64,000 nt of DNA from a bacterium (GCA_046346885.1 JAXMHI010000008.1:52049-116048); one strand, 5' to 3'. Positions 10,399-20,020 are shown, counted from the stretch's first letter. The notes: generated by a model from the letters alone, not told the origin. A program made the numbers and translations.

Positions 10399-10427
10399 TT
10401 GCCAATTCAATATGATTTCACTATACA
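10399..10427 (+). promoter_or_regulatory. Candidate sigma70 promoter for rpmE (TTGCCA-N17-TATACA)
   Basis: -35 TTGCCA at 10399-10404, 17-nt spacer, -10 TATACA at 10422-10427, 30 nt upstream of the rpmE ATG. Confidence 0.35.
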
Positions 10428-10456
10428 CAGCCTTCCTTTTTTGAAGAGGTATTCCT

Positions 10457-10672
10457 ATGAAAGAAAACATCCATCCGAAATATCACGACATTGGCGTCGT
10501 TTGCGCTTGCGGAAACATCGTTGAAACGTCTTCCACGTCGCCCGCGCTCAACGTCGAAATTTGTTCGAAGTGCCATCCCTTCTTCACCGGCAAACAGAAG
10601 TTCGTCGATACCGAAGGGCGCATCGAGCGTTTCAAGAAGAAATACGAAAAAGTTCAAGCAGCCAAGAAGTAG
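10457..10672 (+). CDS. rpmE: 50S ribosomal protein L31
   Basis: [20 protein letters not shown]...[10 protein letters not shown] is canonical L31 with zinc-ribbon cysteines; SD GAGGT upstream. Confidence 0.9.
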   Translation: MKENIHPKYHDIGVVCACGNIVETSSTSPALNVEICSKCHPFFTGKQKFVDTEGRIERFKKKYEKVQAAKK

Positions 10673-10693
10673 CGGTTTTTCGAGACAAAAAAG

Positions 10694-10736
10694 ACCCATC
10701 GCGAGGTTTCTATGCGAACCCCCGATGGGTTTTTTG
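10694..10736 (+). terminator. Putative intrinsic terminator after rpmE
   Basis: Inverted repeat ACCCATCG...CGATGGGT followed by TTTTTT; loop is long (~20 nt). Confidence 0.4.
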
Positions 10737-10757
10737 TTGGGATTTTAAGTTTCCCCT

Positions 10758-11828
10758 ATGTTCGCCAAACTCGACGAAGTCGAAAAAAAATTCGAGAGCC
10801 TGACCGAGCGCCTCGCCGATCCCGGCATTACCGCCAATCCCAAGGAGTATCAGGCGGTGGCGAAGGAGCATTCGTCGCTTACCCCGCTGATCGACACCTA
10901 TCGTCTTTATAAAAAAGCCAATCAGCAAGTGGAAGACAACAAAGCCCTTCTCGCCGAATCGGACGAGGAAATGCGGGCCATGGCGAAGGAGGAGCTCGTC
11001 CATTGGGAGGCGGAGAAGGAGCGCTTGGCCCAAGAGCTGAAGGTGCTTCTCTTGCCCAAAGATCCCAACGACGAGAAAAACATCTTCCTCGAGATCCGCG
11101 CCGGAGCCGGAGGGGATGAAGCGGGTTTATTCGCCGCGGAACTCTTTCGCCTCTACTCCCGCTATGCGGAAAAAAAGCGATGGCGGGTGGAAATCATCGA
11201 TTCGAGCGAGAGCGGCATCGGGGGTTTAAAGGAAATCATCGCCATGATCTCGGGCGAAAACGTCTATAGCGACTTGAAGTACGAAAGCGGCGTCCACCGC
11301 GTGCAGCGCGTGCCCAAGACGGAAACTCAAGGTCGCGTTCACACCTCGACGGTGACGGTGGCCGTGTTGCCCGAGGCGGACGACGTGGAAGTGAACATCC
11401 AAGAGAAAGATTTAAAGATCGACGTGATGCGCGCCTCCGGCCCCGGGGGACAGAGCGTCAACACCACCGACTCGGCCGTGCGCATCACCCATTTGCCCAC
11501 CAATACGGTGGTGATCTGCAAAGACGAAAAATCGCAGCACAAGAACAAGGCGAAGGCCTTGAAGGTGTTGCAGGCGAGGCTCTTGGAAGTGGAGCGCGAG
11601 AAGCAGAACAAGGAGATTACCGACGCGAGGCGCTCCCAAGTAGGCACCGGGGACCGCAGCGAGAAGATTCGCACCTACAATTTCCCCCAAAGCCGCATGA
11701 CAGACCACCGCATCGGCCTGACGCTGCATCAATTGGACACGATCATGGAAGGCGGCATCGACCCGGTGATCCAGGCCCTGCGCGCCCATTACCAGGCGGA
11801 GGCGCTTAAGCAAGAGACGGGATCTTAA
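10758..11828 (+). CDS. prfA: Peptide chain release factor 1
   Basis: GGQ motif in [24 protein letters not shown]; RVQRVP(K)[10 protein letters not shown] domain-2 motif; 356 aa. Confidence 0.9.
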   Translation: MFAKLDEVEKKFESLTERLADPGITANPKEYQAVAKEHSSLTPLIDTYRLYKKANQQVEDNKALLAESDEEMRAMAKEELVHWEAEKERLAQELKVLLLPKDPNDEKNIFLEIRAGAGGDEAGLFAAELFRLYSRYAEKKRWRVEIIDSSESGIGGLKEIIAMISGENVYSDLKYESGVHRVQRVPKTETQGRVHTSTVTVAVLPEADDVEVNIQEKDLKIDVMRASGPGGQSVNTTDSAVRITHLPTNTVVICKDEKSQHKNKAKALKVLQARLLEVEREKQNKEITDARRSQVGTGDRSEKIRTYNFPQSRMTDHRIGLTLHQLDTIMEGGIDPVIQALRAHYQAEALKQETGS

Positions 11829-11833
11829 GCTTT

Positions 11834-12247
11834 CTACTCCGAATACGGCATTTTCCTCAATTTCTTGATTTTTCCCCGATGATGTTTGGCTTCCAGCATT
11901 TTTTCTTTCGCCCGCTTCGAGCGCTTGCGTTTTTGGCGGCGGATTTTCTCCCGCTTCCGTTCCTCTTCGCTTTTTTTGCCCAAAATTTGACGCTCGATTT
12001 TCTCGCACATCAAGCGACGCGCGAGGAAGCGGTTCATGGCTTGGCTGCGGGTTTTTTGGCATTTCACTTCCGTGCCGCTGGGGAGATGGATTAGATAGAC
12101 GCAGGTCGAGGTTTTGTTGACGTTTTGGCCGCCGGGGCCGGAGGAGCGGATGAAGCTTTCCTCCAAATCCGCCTCGGAAACATGGAGGCGGAGCATCCAG
12201 GCTTCCAATTCGTTTTGTTTCGCTTCTGACACGGGATAGACAGGCAT
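11834..12247 (-). CDS. arfB: ArfB/YaeJ-type peptidyl-tRNA hydrolase (alternative ribosome rescue factor)
   Basis: 137 aa; GGQ domain SSGPGGQNVNKTSTCVYL followed by a highly basic C-terminal tail, typical of ArfB. Confidence 0.75.
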   Translation of the reverse strand: MPVYPVSEAKQNELEAWMLRLHVSEADLEESFIRSSGPGGQNVNKTSTCVYLIHLPSGTEVKCQKTRSQAMNRFLARRLMCEKIERQILGKKSEEERKREKIRRQKRKRSKRAKEKMLEAKHHRGKIKKLRKMPYSE

Positions 12248-12283
12248 GAGTCCATCCTATAAAGAGATTCACGGAAAGATTCA

Positions 12284-13198
12284 ATGACGGAGACTTGGAC
12301 GATCTTAAAACTTCTGCAATGGACCGCAGAATATTTCCAATCCCGCGGCATCGAAAGCGCTCGATTGGACGCGGAGCTCATCCTTGCCCATGCTCTTGGG
12401 CTTAGCCGCATTCAACTCTACACCCAATTTGACCGACCCTTAAATTCGGAGGAACTTCAAAAAGTGAAGGGGCTCGTCAAGCGCCGCGCCCAGCGGGAGC
12501 CTTTGGCGTATTTGCTCGGTTCAAAAGAATTTTATTCGTTGGAATTCAAGGTGAGCCCCGCCGTTCTCATTCCGCGGCCGGAGACCGAATTGTTGGTGGA
12601 GGAGGGGATTCGACTTTTACAAAATCCCACCATCCCCCCTTTTTCAAAGGGGGGGCAGGGGGGATTTGAAATTCTCGATATCGGCACGGGGAGCGGATGC
12701 ATCGCCGTCGCCCTCGCCAAGCACCTGGCGGAGGCCCAAACATGGGCCGTCGACGCCTCCCAAGCGGCGTTGGAGATCGCGGCGGAGAACGCGAGAAAGC
12801 ACGGAGTGGAAGGGCGAATCCACTTTTTAGCTTGGGACGTTTTGAATGGGGATTGGAAAGGCCCCGCCGAGCCTTTCGACCTGATCGTCACCAATCCCCC
12901 TTATGTTTCGAGTACGATCCTTCCCCGACTGGCACCGGAGCTTCAATTCGAGCCGAAAATGGCTTTGGAAGCGGGGCCTAAGGGGCTTGATCTTTATCCG
13001 GCGATCTTAGGTTTCGCGTTCTCCCATCTCAAACCGGGCGGATGGCTTTTGGCGGAAATGGGGGAAGAGCAGGGCGGTGACTTGCTGGAGATCTCACGTC
13101 AAAAGGGTTTCGCGTCCGTCGATATATTAAAGGATTTAGCGGGAAAACCGAGAGTCTTGAGGGCGAAACGCCCCTTCGATTCCCCTATTGATTTTTAG
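12284..13198 (+). CDS. prmC: Release-factor glutamine N5-methyltransferase PrmC/HemK
   Basis: SAM-binding ILDIGTGSGCIA; NPPY motif LIVTNPPYV; located next to prfA. Confidence 0.85.
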   Translation: MTETWTILKLLQWTAEYFQSRGIESARLDAELILAHALGLSRIQLYTQFDRPLNSEELQKVKGLVKRRAQREPLAYLLGSKEFYSLEFKVSPAVLIPRPETELLVEEGIRLLQNPTIPPFSKGGQGGFEILDIGTGSGCIAVALAKHLAEAQTWAVDASQAALEIAAENARKHGVEGRIHFLAWDVLNGDWKGPAEPFDLIVTNPPYVSSTILPRLAPELQFEPKMALEAGPKGLDLYPAILGFAFSHLKPGGWLLAEMGEEQGGDLLEISRQKGFASVDILKDLAGKPRVLRAKRPFDSPIDF

Positions 13199-13263
13199 AC
13201 TTCCCTAGGTAGGATGCGCGGGTTTCCGCATTCACCCGAACCCATAGAAGGATCCCATCCAAA

Positions 13264-14523
13264 ATGGACAAAATCGTCATCAAAGGCGGCGAAAAGCTGA
13301 AGGGAAAAGTAAAAATTTCCGGTTCGAAAAACGCCGCGCTTCCCATCATGGCCGCGACCATACTCTCCAGCGGCTGGAACGACCTGCGAAACATCCCCGA
13401 GTTGCGCGACATCTCCACCATGGGCAAATTGCTCCAAGAGTTGGGCGTGAAGGTGAGCACGGGGAGCCATCGGGTAAAAGTTCACACCAATGGTTTTAAG
13501 AATCACGTTGCTCCTTACGAGCTCGTGAAGACGATGCGCGCCTCTGTGTTGGTGTTGGGCCCGCTTGTTGCCCGGTTGGGAAAGGCCAAGGTTTCCCTCC
13601 CCGGCGGTTGCGCCATCGGCGCGCGCCCCATCGACCTGCATTTGAAGGCGCTCGAGGCCATGGGGGCGGAAATCAAGATTGAACACGGTTACGTGGATGC
13701 CGCCTGCGACAAATTGAAGGGGGCCCACGTCACGTTTCCTTACGTGACGGTGACGGGCACGGAGAACGTGATGATGGCAGCGACGCTCGCCGAAGGGACG
13801 ACGATCCTCGACAACGCGGCGACCGAGCCGGAAGTGGTCGATCTCGCCGACTTCCTCATCAAGATGGGGGCGAAGATCGAAGGCGCCGGCACCCGCACGA
13901 TCAAGATCGAGGGAGTGAAGGAACTGCAGGGCACTCGTCACGAGGTGATGGCCGACCGCATCGAAGCGGGCACCTTCATGATCGGCGCCGCCCTCACGCA
14001 AGGGGAAGTGCTCGTCGACGGCATCAAGCCCGTTTACGTTCAGGCCCTTACCGACAAGCTTAAAGAGGCGGGCGTGAAGGTGGAAGAGATGAACGGCGGC
14101 CTGAAGGTGAGCGCGCCGAAAAAGATCCAGAGCGTAGATATTGAAACCGCCCCGTATCCCGGCTTCGCCACCGACTTCCAAGCGCAATTCATGGCGCTCA
14201 TGACCCGCGCCGAAGGCACTTCGCACATCGTGGAAAACATCTTCGAGAACCGCTTCATGCACGTGGGCGAGCTCATCCGCATGGGGGCCGACATCAAGAT
14301 CGACGGGAATCGCGCGGTGGTGAAGGGCTTGCCTAATTTATCGGCCGCGCCCATCATGGCTACGGACCTACGCGCTTCCGCGAGTCTGGTGCTGGCGGGC
14401 CTGGCTGCCGAGGGGATTACCGAGATCGCCCGCGTCTACCACATCGACCGGGGCTACGAGAAAATCGAGAAGAAGTTCCGCAAACTGGGCGCCAAGGTGA
14501 AACGGGTGAAGGTGAAATATTAA
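13264..14523 (+). CDS. murA: UDP-N-acetylglucosamine 1-carboxyvinyltransferase
   Basis: [31 protein letters not shown] is the canonical MurA N-terminus; 419 aa. Confidence 0.9.
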   Translation: MDKIVIKGGEKLKGKVKISGSKNAALPIMAATILSSGWNDLRNIPELRDISTMGKLLQELGVKVSTGSHRVKVHTNGFKNHVAPYELVKTMRASVLVLGPLVARLGKAKVSLPGGCAIGARPIDLHLKALEAMGAEIKIEHGYVDAACDKLKGAHVTFPYVTVTGTENVMMAATLAEGTTILDNAATEPEVVDLADFLIKMGAKIEGAGTRTIKIEGVKELQGTRHEVMADRIEAGTFMIGAALTQGEVLVDGIKPVYVQALTDKLKEAGVKVEEMNGGLKVSAPKKIQSVDIETAPYPGFATDFQAQFMALMTRAEGTSHIVENIFENRFMHVGELIRMGADIKIDGNRAVVKGLPNLSAAPIMATDLRASASLVLAGLAAEGITEIARVYHIDRGYEKIEKKFRKLGAKVKRVKVKY

Positions 14524-14524
14524 G

Positions 14525-15805
14525 ATGCGTCTTCTCAAAACCACCGACAAAAACTTCAAGAAAGAATTCGAACGAATCACCCGGCGCGGCGAATCCCTCG
14601 CGAGCGGAGCGGAAGAAACCGTCCGAAAGATCCTCGCCGACCTCCGCAAAAAGGGCGATAAAGCTCTCTTTGAGTACACCCGTCGTTTTGACGCCTTCAA
14701 AGTCGGTCCGAAAAACGTTTCCGTCACGAAGAAAGAAATTCAAGAGGCCTACCGAAAAGTCCCCGCCGAGGATTTGAAGGCCCTGAAGGTCGCGGCGGAA
14801 CGGATTCACGCCTTTCATCACCGGGTAAAATTGAAATCTTGGGAATACAAGAAAGACGGCGTGAGCTTGGGCCAGCGGGTGACTCCCCTCGAGCGGGTCG
14901 GCATTTACGTGCCGGGCGGCAAGGCCGCGTATCCTTCAAGCGTGCTCATGAATGCCATCCCCGCCTGCGTGGCAGGGGTCGACGAAATCGTCATGGTTTC
15001 CCCGTTTCTCCGGGGAGAGGCGAATCCTTACGTGCTCGTGGCGGCGGATTTGGCGGGCGTCGACCGTATTTTTAAGGTGGGTGGCGCCCAGGCGGTCGGG
15101 GCTTTGGCTTATGGCACCTTACTCGTGCCGAAGGTCGACAAGATCGTGGGTCCCGGAAACATTTACGTGGCTCTCGCCAAGCGGCAAGTCTTCGGCGAAG
15201 TGGATATCGACATGGTGGCGGGCCCATCGGAGGTGGTCGTCATCTCCGACGGCAAGGTAGACCCCTTCTGGACGGCCGCCGACTTGCTCAGTCAAGCGGA
15301 GCACGACGAAAAGGCCTCGTCGGTGCTGCTCACTTGGAATAAAAAATTCGCGGAGAAAGTCGTGCAGGCCCTTGAAGAGACGCTTAAAGTTTTACCCCGC
15401 GCGGCCATCGCCAGGCGCTCTCTGAAAGACAACGGAGCCCTGATCGTGACGCGAGACGCGTCAGAGGCGGCGGAACTTTCCAACGCCATTGCGCCGGAGC
15501 ATTTGGAACTCTCTGTTGATAATCCCCGAAAATTCATGGAACGCATCCGCCACGCGGGCGCGATTTTCCTCGGCCACCTCACCACCGAATCCTTCGGCGA
15601 TTATTTGGCCGGCCCCAACCACGTACTCCCCACGAGTGGCACGGCGCGCTTCGCCTCGCCGCTTTCCACCTTGGATTTCCTCAAATTCTCCAGCGTGATC
15701 GATTGCGGTCCCCAAGCCGTGAAAAAGCTGGGGGCTACCGTCGTGCGTCTCGCCGAGATGGAAGGGCTTACCGCCCACGCCTTGGCGATGAAGTTGCGCC
15801 TTTGA
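14525..15805 (+). CDS. hisD: Histidinol dehydrogenase
   Basis: 426 aa; typical HisD motifs (GPGNIYVALAKRQVFG, SQAEHDE); start ATG overlaps the murA stop. Confidence 0.9.
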   Translation: MRLLKTTDKNFKKEFERITRRGESLASGAEETVRKILADLRKKGDKALFEYTRRFDAFKVGPKNVSVTKKEIQEAYRKVPAEDLKALKVAAERIHAFHHRVKLKSWEYKKDGVSLGQRVTPLERVGIYVPGGKAAYPSSVLMNAIPACVAGVDEIVMVSPFLRGEANPYVLVAADLAGVDRIFKVGGAQAVGALAYGTLLVPKVDKIVGPGNIYVALAKRQVFGEVDIDMVAGPSEVVVISDGKVDPFWTAADLLSQAEHDEKASSVLLTWNKKFAEKVVQALEETLKVLPRAAIARRSLKDNGALIVTRDASEAAELSNAIAPEHLELSVDNPRKFMERIRHAGAIFLGHLTTESFGDYLAGPNHVLPTSGTARFASPLSTLDFLKFSSVIDCGPQAVKKLGATVVRLAEMEGLTAHALAMKLRL

Positions 15806-16574
15806 CCGACACAGCATCGCCCCGCTCTATTTTGAGGGCTTGAGCGGCGGAACCTTGGTTGACGCTGATTTCCAAAAGATTGGAACTGCCGAAGAGGAGG
15901 AAAGGTTTTTTGCCTTCCCCTTCCGCGTAGTGGGTTTTAAGGGGCGTGATTTTTTTCTTTTTCACGGTGAGGAAAAATTCGAGCGAGGGGAAATGGCGCT
16001 TCAAAAATCCCTTGCTGAAATTCGTGAGCGCGTTGCCGAAGCGGTCTACGTGGAGCACCTTGCCGATGATCTCTCCCTTTTTTACTTCGGGGATTAATCC
16101 TTCCAACCGCGTGTAATCTTCCAGCGAATATCCGAATCGTTCGGGGGCCTCTCCCCGCGAGAGATAGGCAGCGACGGGGGCGAAGAGGTCGCGGCCTTGG
16201 AAGGTGGCGGAGACGGAGGGGAGGAAATATTTTTCTTCCGTCAGGTGGATGATCTTTTCCGGTTTTTCTCCGGAAAAGGCCAGGGTGAAAAGGCCGTTAT
16301 CGGGGCCGACGAAAAAGTAATTCTTGGTTTGGATGAGGATGGGGCGCCGTTCACTCCCCACGCCGGGGTCGACGACGGAAAGGAAGATCGTTCCCTTCGG
16401 AAAGTAGCGATAAGATTGGAAGAGGGCCAAGGCCCCCGCCGTGACGTCGAAGGGCGGGATTTCGTGAGTCAGGTCGATGACCCGCGCCTCCGGCGCCAAT
16501 TGAGCGATGACGCCCTTGAGGACGCCCGCGTAAGGATCTTTCGTCCCGAAATCGGTCAGGAGAACGATGTCCAT
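15768..16574 (-). CDS. SAM hydroxide adenosyltransferase family protein (DUF62, SAM-dependent chlorinase/fluorinase-like)
   Basis: MDIVLLTDFGTKDPYAGVLKGVIAQLAPEARVIDLTHEIPPFDVTAG is the characteristic N-terminus of the DUF62/SalL/FlA family. Confidence 0.7.
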   Translation of the reverse strand: MDIVLLTDFGTKDPYAGVLKGVIAQLAPEARVIDLTHEIPPFDVTAGALALFQSYRYFPKGTIFLSVVDPGVGSERRPILIQTKNYFFVGPDNGLFTLAFSGEKPEKIIHLTEEKYFLPSVSATFQGRDLFAPVAAYLSRGEAPERFGYSLEDYTRLEGLIPEVKKGEIIGKVLHVDRFGNALTNFSKGFLKRHFPSLEFFLTVKKKKITPLKTHYAEGEGKKPFLLFGSSNLLEISVNQGSAAQALKIERGDAVSVKGATSSPRRGR

Positions 16575-16682
16575 ACGGAAGGAATGGGATTTCCCCTAAG
16601 GGGATTTCCTCGGCCTAAGCCTCAGTCACGAACCAGTTAATAAAAATGTGGGTTCTCATCCCACTCTCTATTGAATCAAAAA

Positions 16683-16769
16683 CGGAAGGAGTGGGATTCG
16701 AACCCACGATACCCTTTCAGGTATGCCGGTTTTCAAGACCGGTGCCATCAACCGCTCGGCCATCCTTCC
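16683..16769 (-). tRNA. tRNA-Ser (anticodon TGA)
   Basis: Reverse complement folds as GGAAGGA acceptor, anticodon loop CTTGAAA, long variable arm, and T-arm GTGGGTTCGAATCCCAC. Confidence 0.85.
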
Positions 16770-16797
16770 GATTCGCGATCGCTGGCAAAGCCAGACG

Positions 16798-16834
16798 CTC
16801 GCTAAAGCCAAGGGGAGCACTCCGTAGCTCCCCT
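16798..16834. repeat. Copy 1 of a 37-nt repeated element containing the hairpin GGGGAGC-N8-GCTCCCC
   Basis: CTCGCTAAAGCCAAGGGGAGCACTCCGTAGCTCCCC nearly identical to 36558-36594; followed by CCATTGG; lies upstream of tRNA-Ser on the minus strand. Confidence 0.6.
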
Positions 16835-17077
16835 TTTACCCCATTGGATGAGGAACTTTTATGATTATATAGCCTTATGCCAGTGGGATCTCACTTTTCT
16901 AAAGCACTTGCACTGATTCGTAAAGAATGTTTTAAAAAGACCCCCTTTATCGATAAAATGTAGTTTTCTTTAAAAAGAAAATACCTTATCCGGTGGGGGT
17001 TGAAGGGGGAGACCGGACTTCTCCCCCTGGGTTAGAAGGAGGGTCTGGCTTTGCCAGCCCGAGTGGAATCATCGGAA

Positions 17078-17167
<90 letters not shown>

Positions 17168-17179
17168 TAAAAATTTTTA

Positions 17180-17253
17180 GCGCCCATAGCTCAGTTGGAT
17201 AGAGCGTCGGTCTACGAAACCGAAGGTCGCATGTTCGAATCATGCTGGGCGCG
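17180..17253 (+). tRNA. tRNA-Arg (anticodon ACG)
   Basis: GCGCCCA acceptor, D-arm GCTCAGTTGGATAGAGC, anticodon loop CTACGAA, T-arm GCATGTTCGAATCATGC; 74 nt. Confidence 0.9.
17215..17253 (+). repeat. attL-like 39-bp direct repeat (3' half of tRNA-Arg)
   Basis: CGAAACCGAAGGTCGCATGTTCGAATCATGCTGGGCGCG is identical to 19203-19241. Confidence 0.8.
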
Positions 17254-17264
17254 CTTTAAAATCA

Positions 17265-17303
17265 AGCACTTAGGCCTTTCGGTCTAAGTGCTTTTTCTTT
17301 TTT
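17265..17303. terminator. Bidirectional intrinsic terminator between tRNA-Arg and the convergent beta-helix gene
   Basis: AGCACTTAG-gcctttcgg-CTAAGTGCT stem-loop followed by TTTTCTTTTTTT. Confidence 0.65.
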
Positions 17304-17388
17304 TGCGCTCACCGCTTTCAAGATCTGATTATCCAGTGTTAAATCGGCAAGCCCTTCTTGGTTTGGTTTTACAAAATAGTTTTGAAGA

Positions 17389-19116
17389 CTAAAGAGACGC
17401 TTTCCTTTTTTGGCGGAACAGGAGCGCGAGAGGGAAAAAGAACACGCCAAGCTGAAGAAGATTCCCGTCTTTCACCGAAGGATTCAAACTGCAACCGCCG
17501 CCTCCGGAGACACTATTACTTCCACCATTATTGGTCCCGGCAGCATTCACTGTGGTTGAGGACGAGGCGGTATTGTTGGCGGTATTCGGATCAAAGTCAT
17601 CACTTCTGACATTCACCGTGTTAGAAACGGAGCCGTTTGCACTTGCGGTGACAATGACAGTGACAAGCGCAGACTCTCCTTTGGCCAGGATTCCGAGGGA
17701 ACAGCTAAGCTGGGGTGCTCCCGAGCAGGTGCCTTGATTGCTGAGAGCATTTACAAACGCGACTTGGCTGGGCAAGTTATCCGTAAGCACCACATTCAAC
17801 GCGGCTTCTGGGCCGTTGTTGGTGACGGTCAAAACATAGGTGATGTCTTGTCCAACTTCCACCGCATCGGGAAAAGCCACTTCGGTGATGGCCAAATCGG
17901 CAACGCCTTGGCCGTATTCGATGGCACCAATATCCACTATACCGTTGATGATGCGATTTTTACCTTCGAAGTCAGTGGAAGGTAAGCCGTCGGGAGGATT
18001 GTTGTCGCCTTTGTTGATGAGAGGTGAGTTTGCTTGGAGGCGATAATCGTCCGCTGCAGGATCTACATATAAAGGATCGCTATTGGCGGAACTCAAAACT
18101 GTGTGTGGTCCTGGAGAATACCCTCCAAAAAATTCGTTAGAATTGAAGAAAAAATTATTGTCGTTATTAATAATCAATTGGGGCGTTGCAGCAGAAGGGA
18201 ATACCACTCCTTCCGGAGTGTTCGTAATGGCATTGTTGTATAGGTTAATGGTCGTTTGATCGGTACCAAACGACGAATAGGTAGCAACCCCGAGATGGTA
18301 TATATTATCGATTGTGTTGTTGACAATATTCGCGACTGTAGTCACCGCATTGGGACTTCCAATGATATTGCTATAACCAATAACGATCGCGGCCGGTGGT
18401 CCGGAAGGCAGTTTTGCCAAGGAGTGAAAGATATTATTGTAGATATTGATTTGCGCATTTCCAACACCCGCCCCATTCGTTTCTACACCAAGAGAATTGA
18501 TAGCTGGGTCCGCAGAAGTGATTTCATTGGCAATAATGGTGATAGTGCTGTTGCCCGGGTTAGATAGCCTATAGTTGTAAGTAATTCCTTTGGGTGAAGT
18601 GATAATTTTATTACCTTGGATCAATACATTATTATCGACGGTAGCATCGATGAATATTCCGGCCTGATTGGTGGAAGCATTATTAGTAAGAGTGCAGTTT
18701 GTCACTGTAACTTGGTCTACACCAAGGTGAGGATGGGAAAAATCAAACTCTAAAGAGGCACCGTTAAAATTGATATGATCAAGATTGATACTGACGGCTT
18801 GATTGTCATTAAAAAAGAGCGTCTGGGGGTTATTAATATTTCCGCTTCCGATTTGAGGTTGAAAGCCTGGGGCCGCAGTTAATGTAATGCTGTTTGTGCT
18901 AATAATGCTTTCATTGATTAAGTTATTCGTCGCAATCTGAATCTCGTCCCCTGAATTTGCACCATTGATACAGGCTTGCAAGGTCGTATCACATGGCGCA
19001 GAACCTGGATAAGCGAGGGTAGCCGCATGGGAAGAAGCGGTACAGACTAGGCTTAAGGCCACAAAGCCCGCCGAGACCCATTTTTTTTTGCCCCAAATGG
19101 AAAAACGAGAATTCAT
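17389..19116 (-). CDS. Secreted right-handed parallel beta-helix protein with DUF11 repeat and C-terminal Gly-rich/TM/basic sorting-like tail
   Basis: Signal peptide MNSRFSIWGKKKWVSAGFVALSLVCTASSHAAT. Asn-rich beta-helix repeats. DUF11-like segment LAITEVAFPDAVEVGQDITYVLTVTNNGPEAALNVVLTD. C-terminal SGGGGCSLNPS...LLQLGVFFFPLALLFRQKRKASL. Internal ATG at 19116 has SD GGAGAAG. Confidence 0.6.
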   Translation of the reverse strand: MNSRFSIWGKKKWVSAGFVALSLVCTASSHAATLAYPGSAPCDTTLQACINGANSGDEIQIATNNLINESIISTNSITLTAAPGFQPQIGSGNINNPQTLFFNDNQAVSINLDHINFNGASLEFDFSHPHLGVDQVTVTNCTLTNNASTNQAGIFIDATVDNNVLIQGNKIITSPKGITYNYRLSNPGNSTITIIANEITSADPAINSLGVETNGAGVGNAQINIYNNIFHSLAKLPSGPPAAIVIGYSNIIGSPNAVTTVANIVNNTIDNIYHLGVATYSSFGTDQTTINLYNNAITNTPEGVVFPSAATPQLIINNDNNFFFNSNEFFGGYSPGPHTVLSSANSDPLYVDPAADDYRLQANSPLINKGDNNPPDGLPSTDFEGKNRIINGIVDIGAIEYGQGVADLAITEVAFPDAVEVGQDITYVLTVTNNGPEAALNVVLTDNLPSQVAFVNALSNQGTCSGAPQLSCSLGILAKGESALVTVIVTASANGSVSNTVNVRSDDFDPNTANNTASSSTTVNAAGTNNGGSNSVSGGGGCSLNPSVKDGNLLQLGVFFFPLALLFRQKRKASL

Positions 19117-19202
19117 TTTTGCTTCTCCTTCTATAAAAATTTCATTAAGAAAAACGGTTAGTTGATGATTCAAAGTCGGGCATTTCGATGATTTTCTCCA
19201 CC

Positions 19203-19241
19203 GAAACCGAAGGTCGCATGTTCGAATCATGCTGGGCGCGT
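19203..19241 (+). repeat. attR-like 39-bp direct repeat (copy of the tRNA-Arg 3' half)
   Basis: Identical to 17215-17253. Confidence 0.8.
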
Positions 19242-19267
19242 TCCCAAAAAAACGAGGGAGTTGCGCG

Positions 19268-20020
19268 ATGGAAAAACTCTCCATCATTGTTCCTGTCTAT
19301 AACGAAGCGGCTCAATTGCGCCAAGTGATTGAGACCTTGATGGCTTCTTACTCTCCAATCCCCCGAGAATGGATTTTCGTCGACGACTGCTCGACGGACC
19401 CAAGCCTCTCTATCCTGCGATCTCATGCATCGCGTTATGGTTATCGTATTTTAACCCAAGAAAAGAATCTGGGAAAAGGAATGGCCGTCATTCGGGGAGT
19501 TCGCGAATCCACCGGAGATATAGTCATGGTCCAGGACGCCGATTTTGAATATGACCCGAATGAAATCCCCTCGTTGCTCGAGCCGATTTTAAAAGGGGAG
19601 GCGGATGTCGTTTACGGCAGCCGTTTCAAAAAGAAGACTCCTGCCTCCCGCCGCACTTGCCATTATTTCGCCAATCGCCTTTTGACGGCCTTGAGCAATG
19701 GGATGTCGGGCCTTCATCTCACCGATATGGAAACCTGTTATAAAGTGTTTCGAGCCGACTTGTTGAAGGCGATGAACTTGAAATCCAAACGCTTTGGGAT
19801 CGAGATCGAGATGACGGCGTATGTGACGAAAGTGCGGGCAAGACTGGAAGAGCGGCCCATTTCTTATCGCCCACGCACTCGTTTGCAGGGGAAAAAAATC
19901 AATTGGAAGGACGGTTTTGCCGCTTTCTTCCATCTCGCGCGCTTTTATTGGTTTACCCCTTTAACCGAAGCTTTTCATGAAGTCCCCCCGCCGTATTCCC
20001 ATTTCCCTAAAAAATTCTAA
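19268..20020 (+). CDS. Family 2 glycosyltransferase (polyprenyl-phosphate sugar transferase / GtrB/DPM1-like)
   Basis: LSIIVPVYNEA...FVDDCSTD...VMVQDADFEYDP...VVYGSRF are GT2 DxD-type motifs. ATG at 19268 has SD GAGGGA. Confidence 0.75.
   Translation: MEKLSIIVPVYNEAAQLRQVIETLMASYSPIPREWIFVDDCSTDPSLSILRSHASRYGYRILTQEKNLGKGMAVIRGVRESTGDIVMVQDADFEYDPNEIPSLLEPILKGEADVVYGSRFKKKTPASRRTCHYFANRLLTALSNGMSGLHLTDMETCYKVFRADLLKAMNLKSKRFGIEIEMTAYVTKVRARLEERPISYRPRTRLQGKKINWKDGFAAFFHLARFYWFTPLTEAFHEVPPPYSHFPKKF

Larger units (their letters stand above)
17254..19241. mobile_element. ~2-kb tRNA-Arg-associated islet bounded by a 39-bp direct repeat; carries one cargo gene; no integrase
   Basis: Intact tRNA-Arg at the left edge and a duplicated tRNA 3' half at 19203-19241. 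This is the classic signature of a site-specific integration at a tRNA gene; likely a remnant. Confidence 0.4.

Noticed and set aside
13195-14262. 355-aa ORF on the minus strand, antisense to murA
   Set aside because: It completely overlaps the well-supported murA. Its Arg/His/Gly-rich composition is typical of the antisense frame of GC-rich genes, and no motif is present.
17254-19241. Integrase or transposase expected in the tRNA-Arg islet or elsewhere
   Set aside because: No ORF with integrase (R...HxxR...Y) or DDE transposase features was found anywhere in the window, so the islet is called a remnant only.
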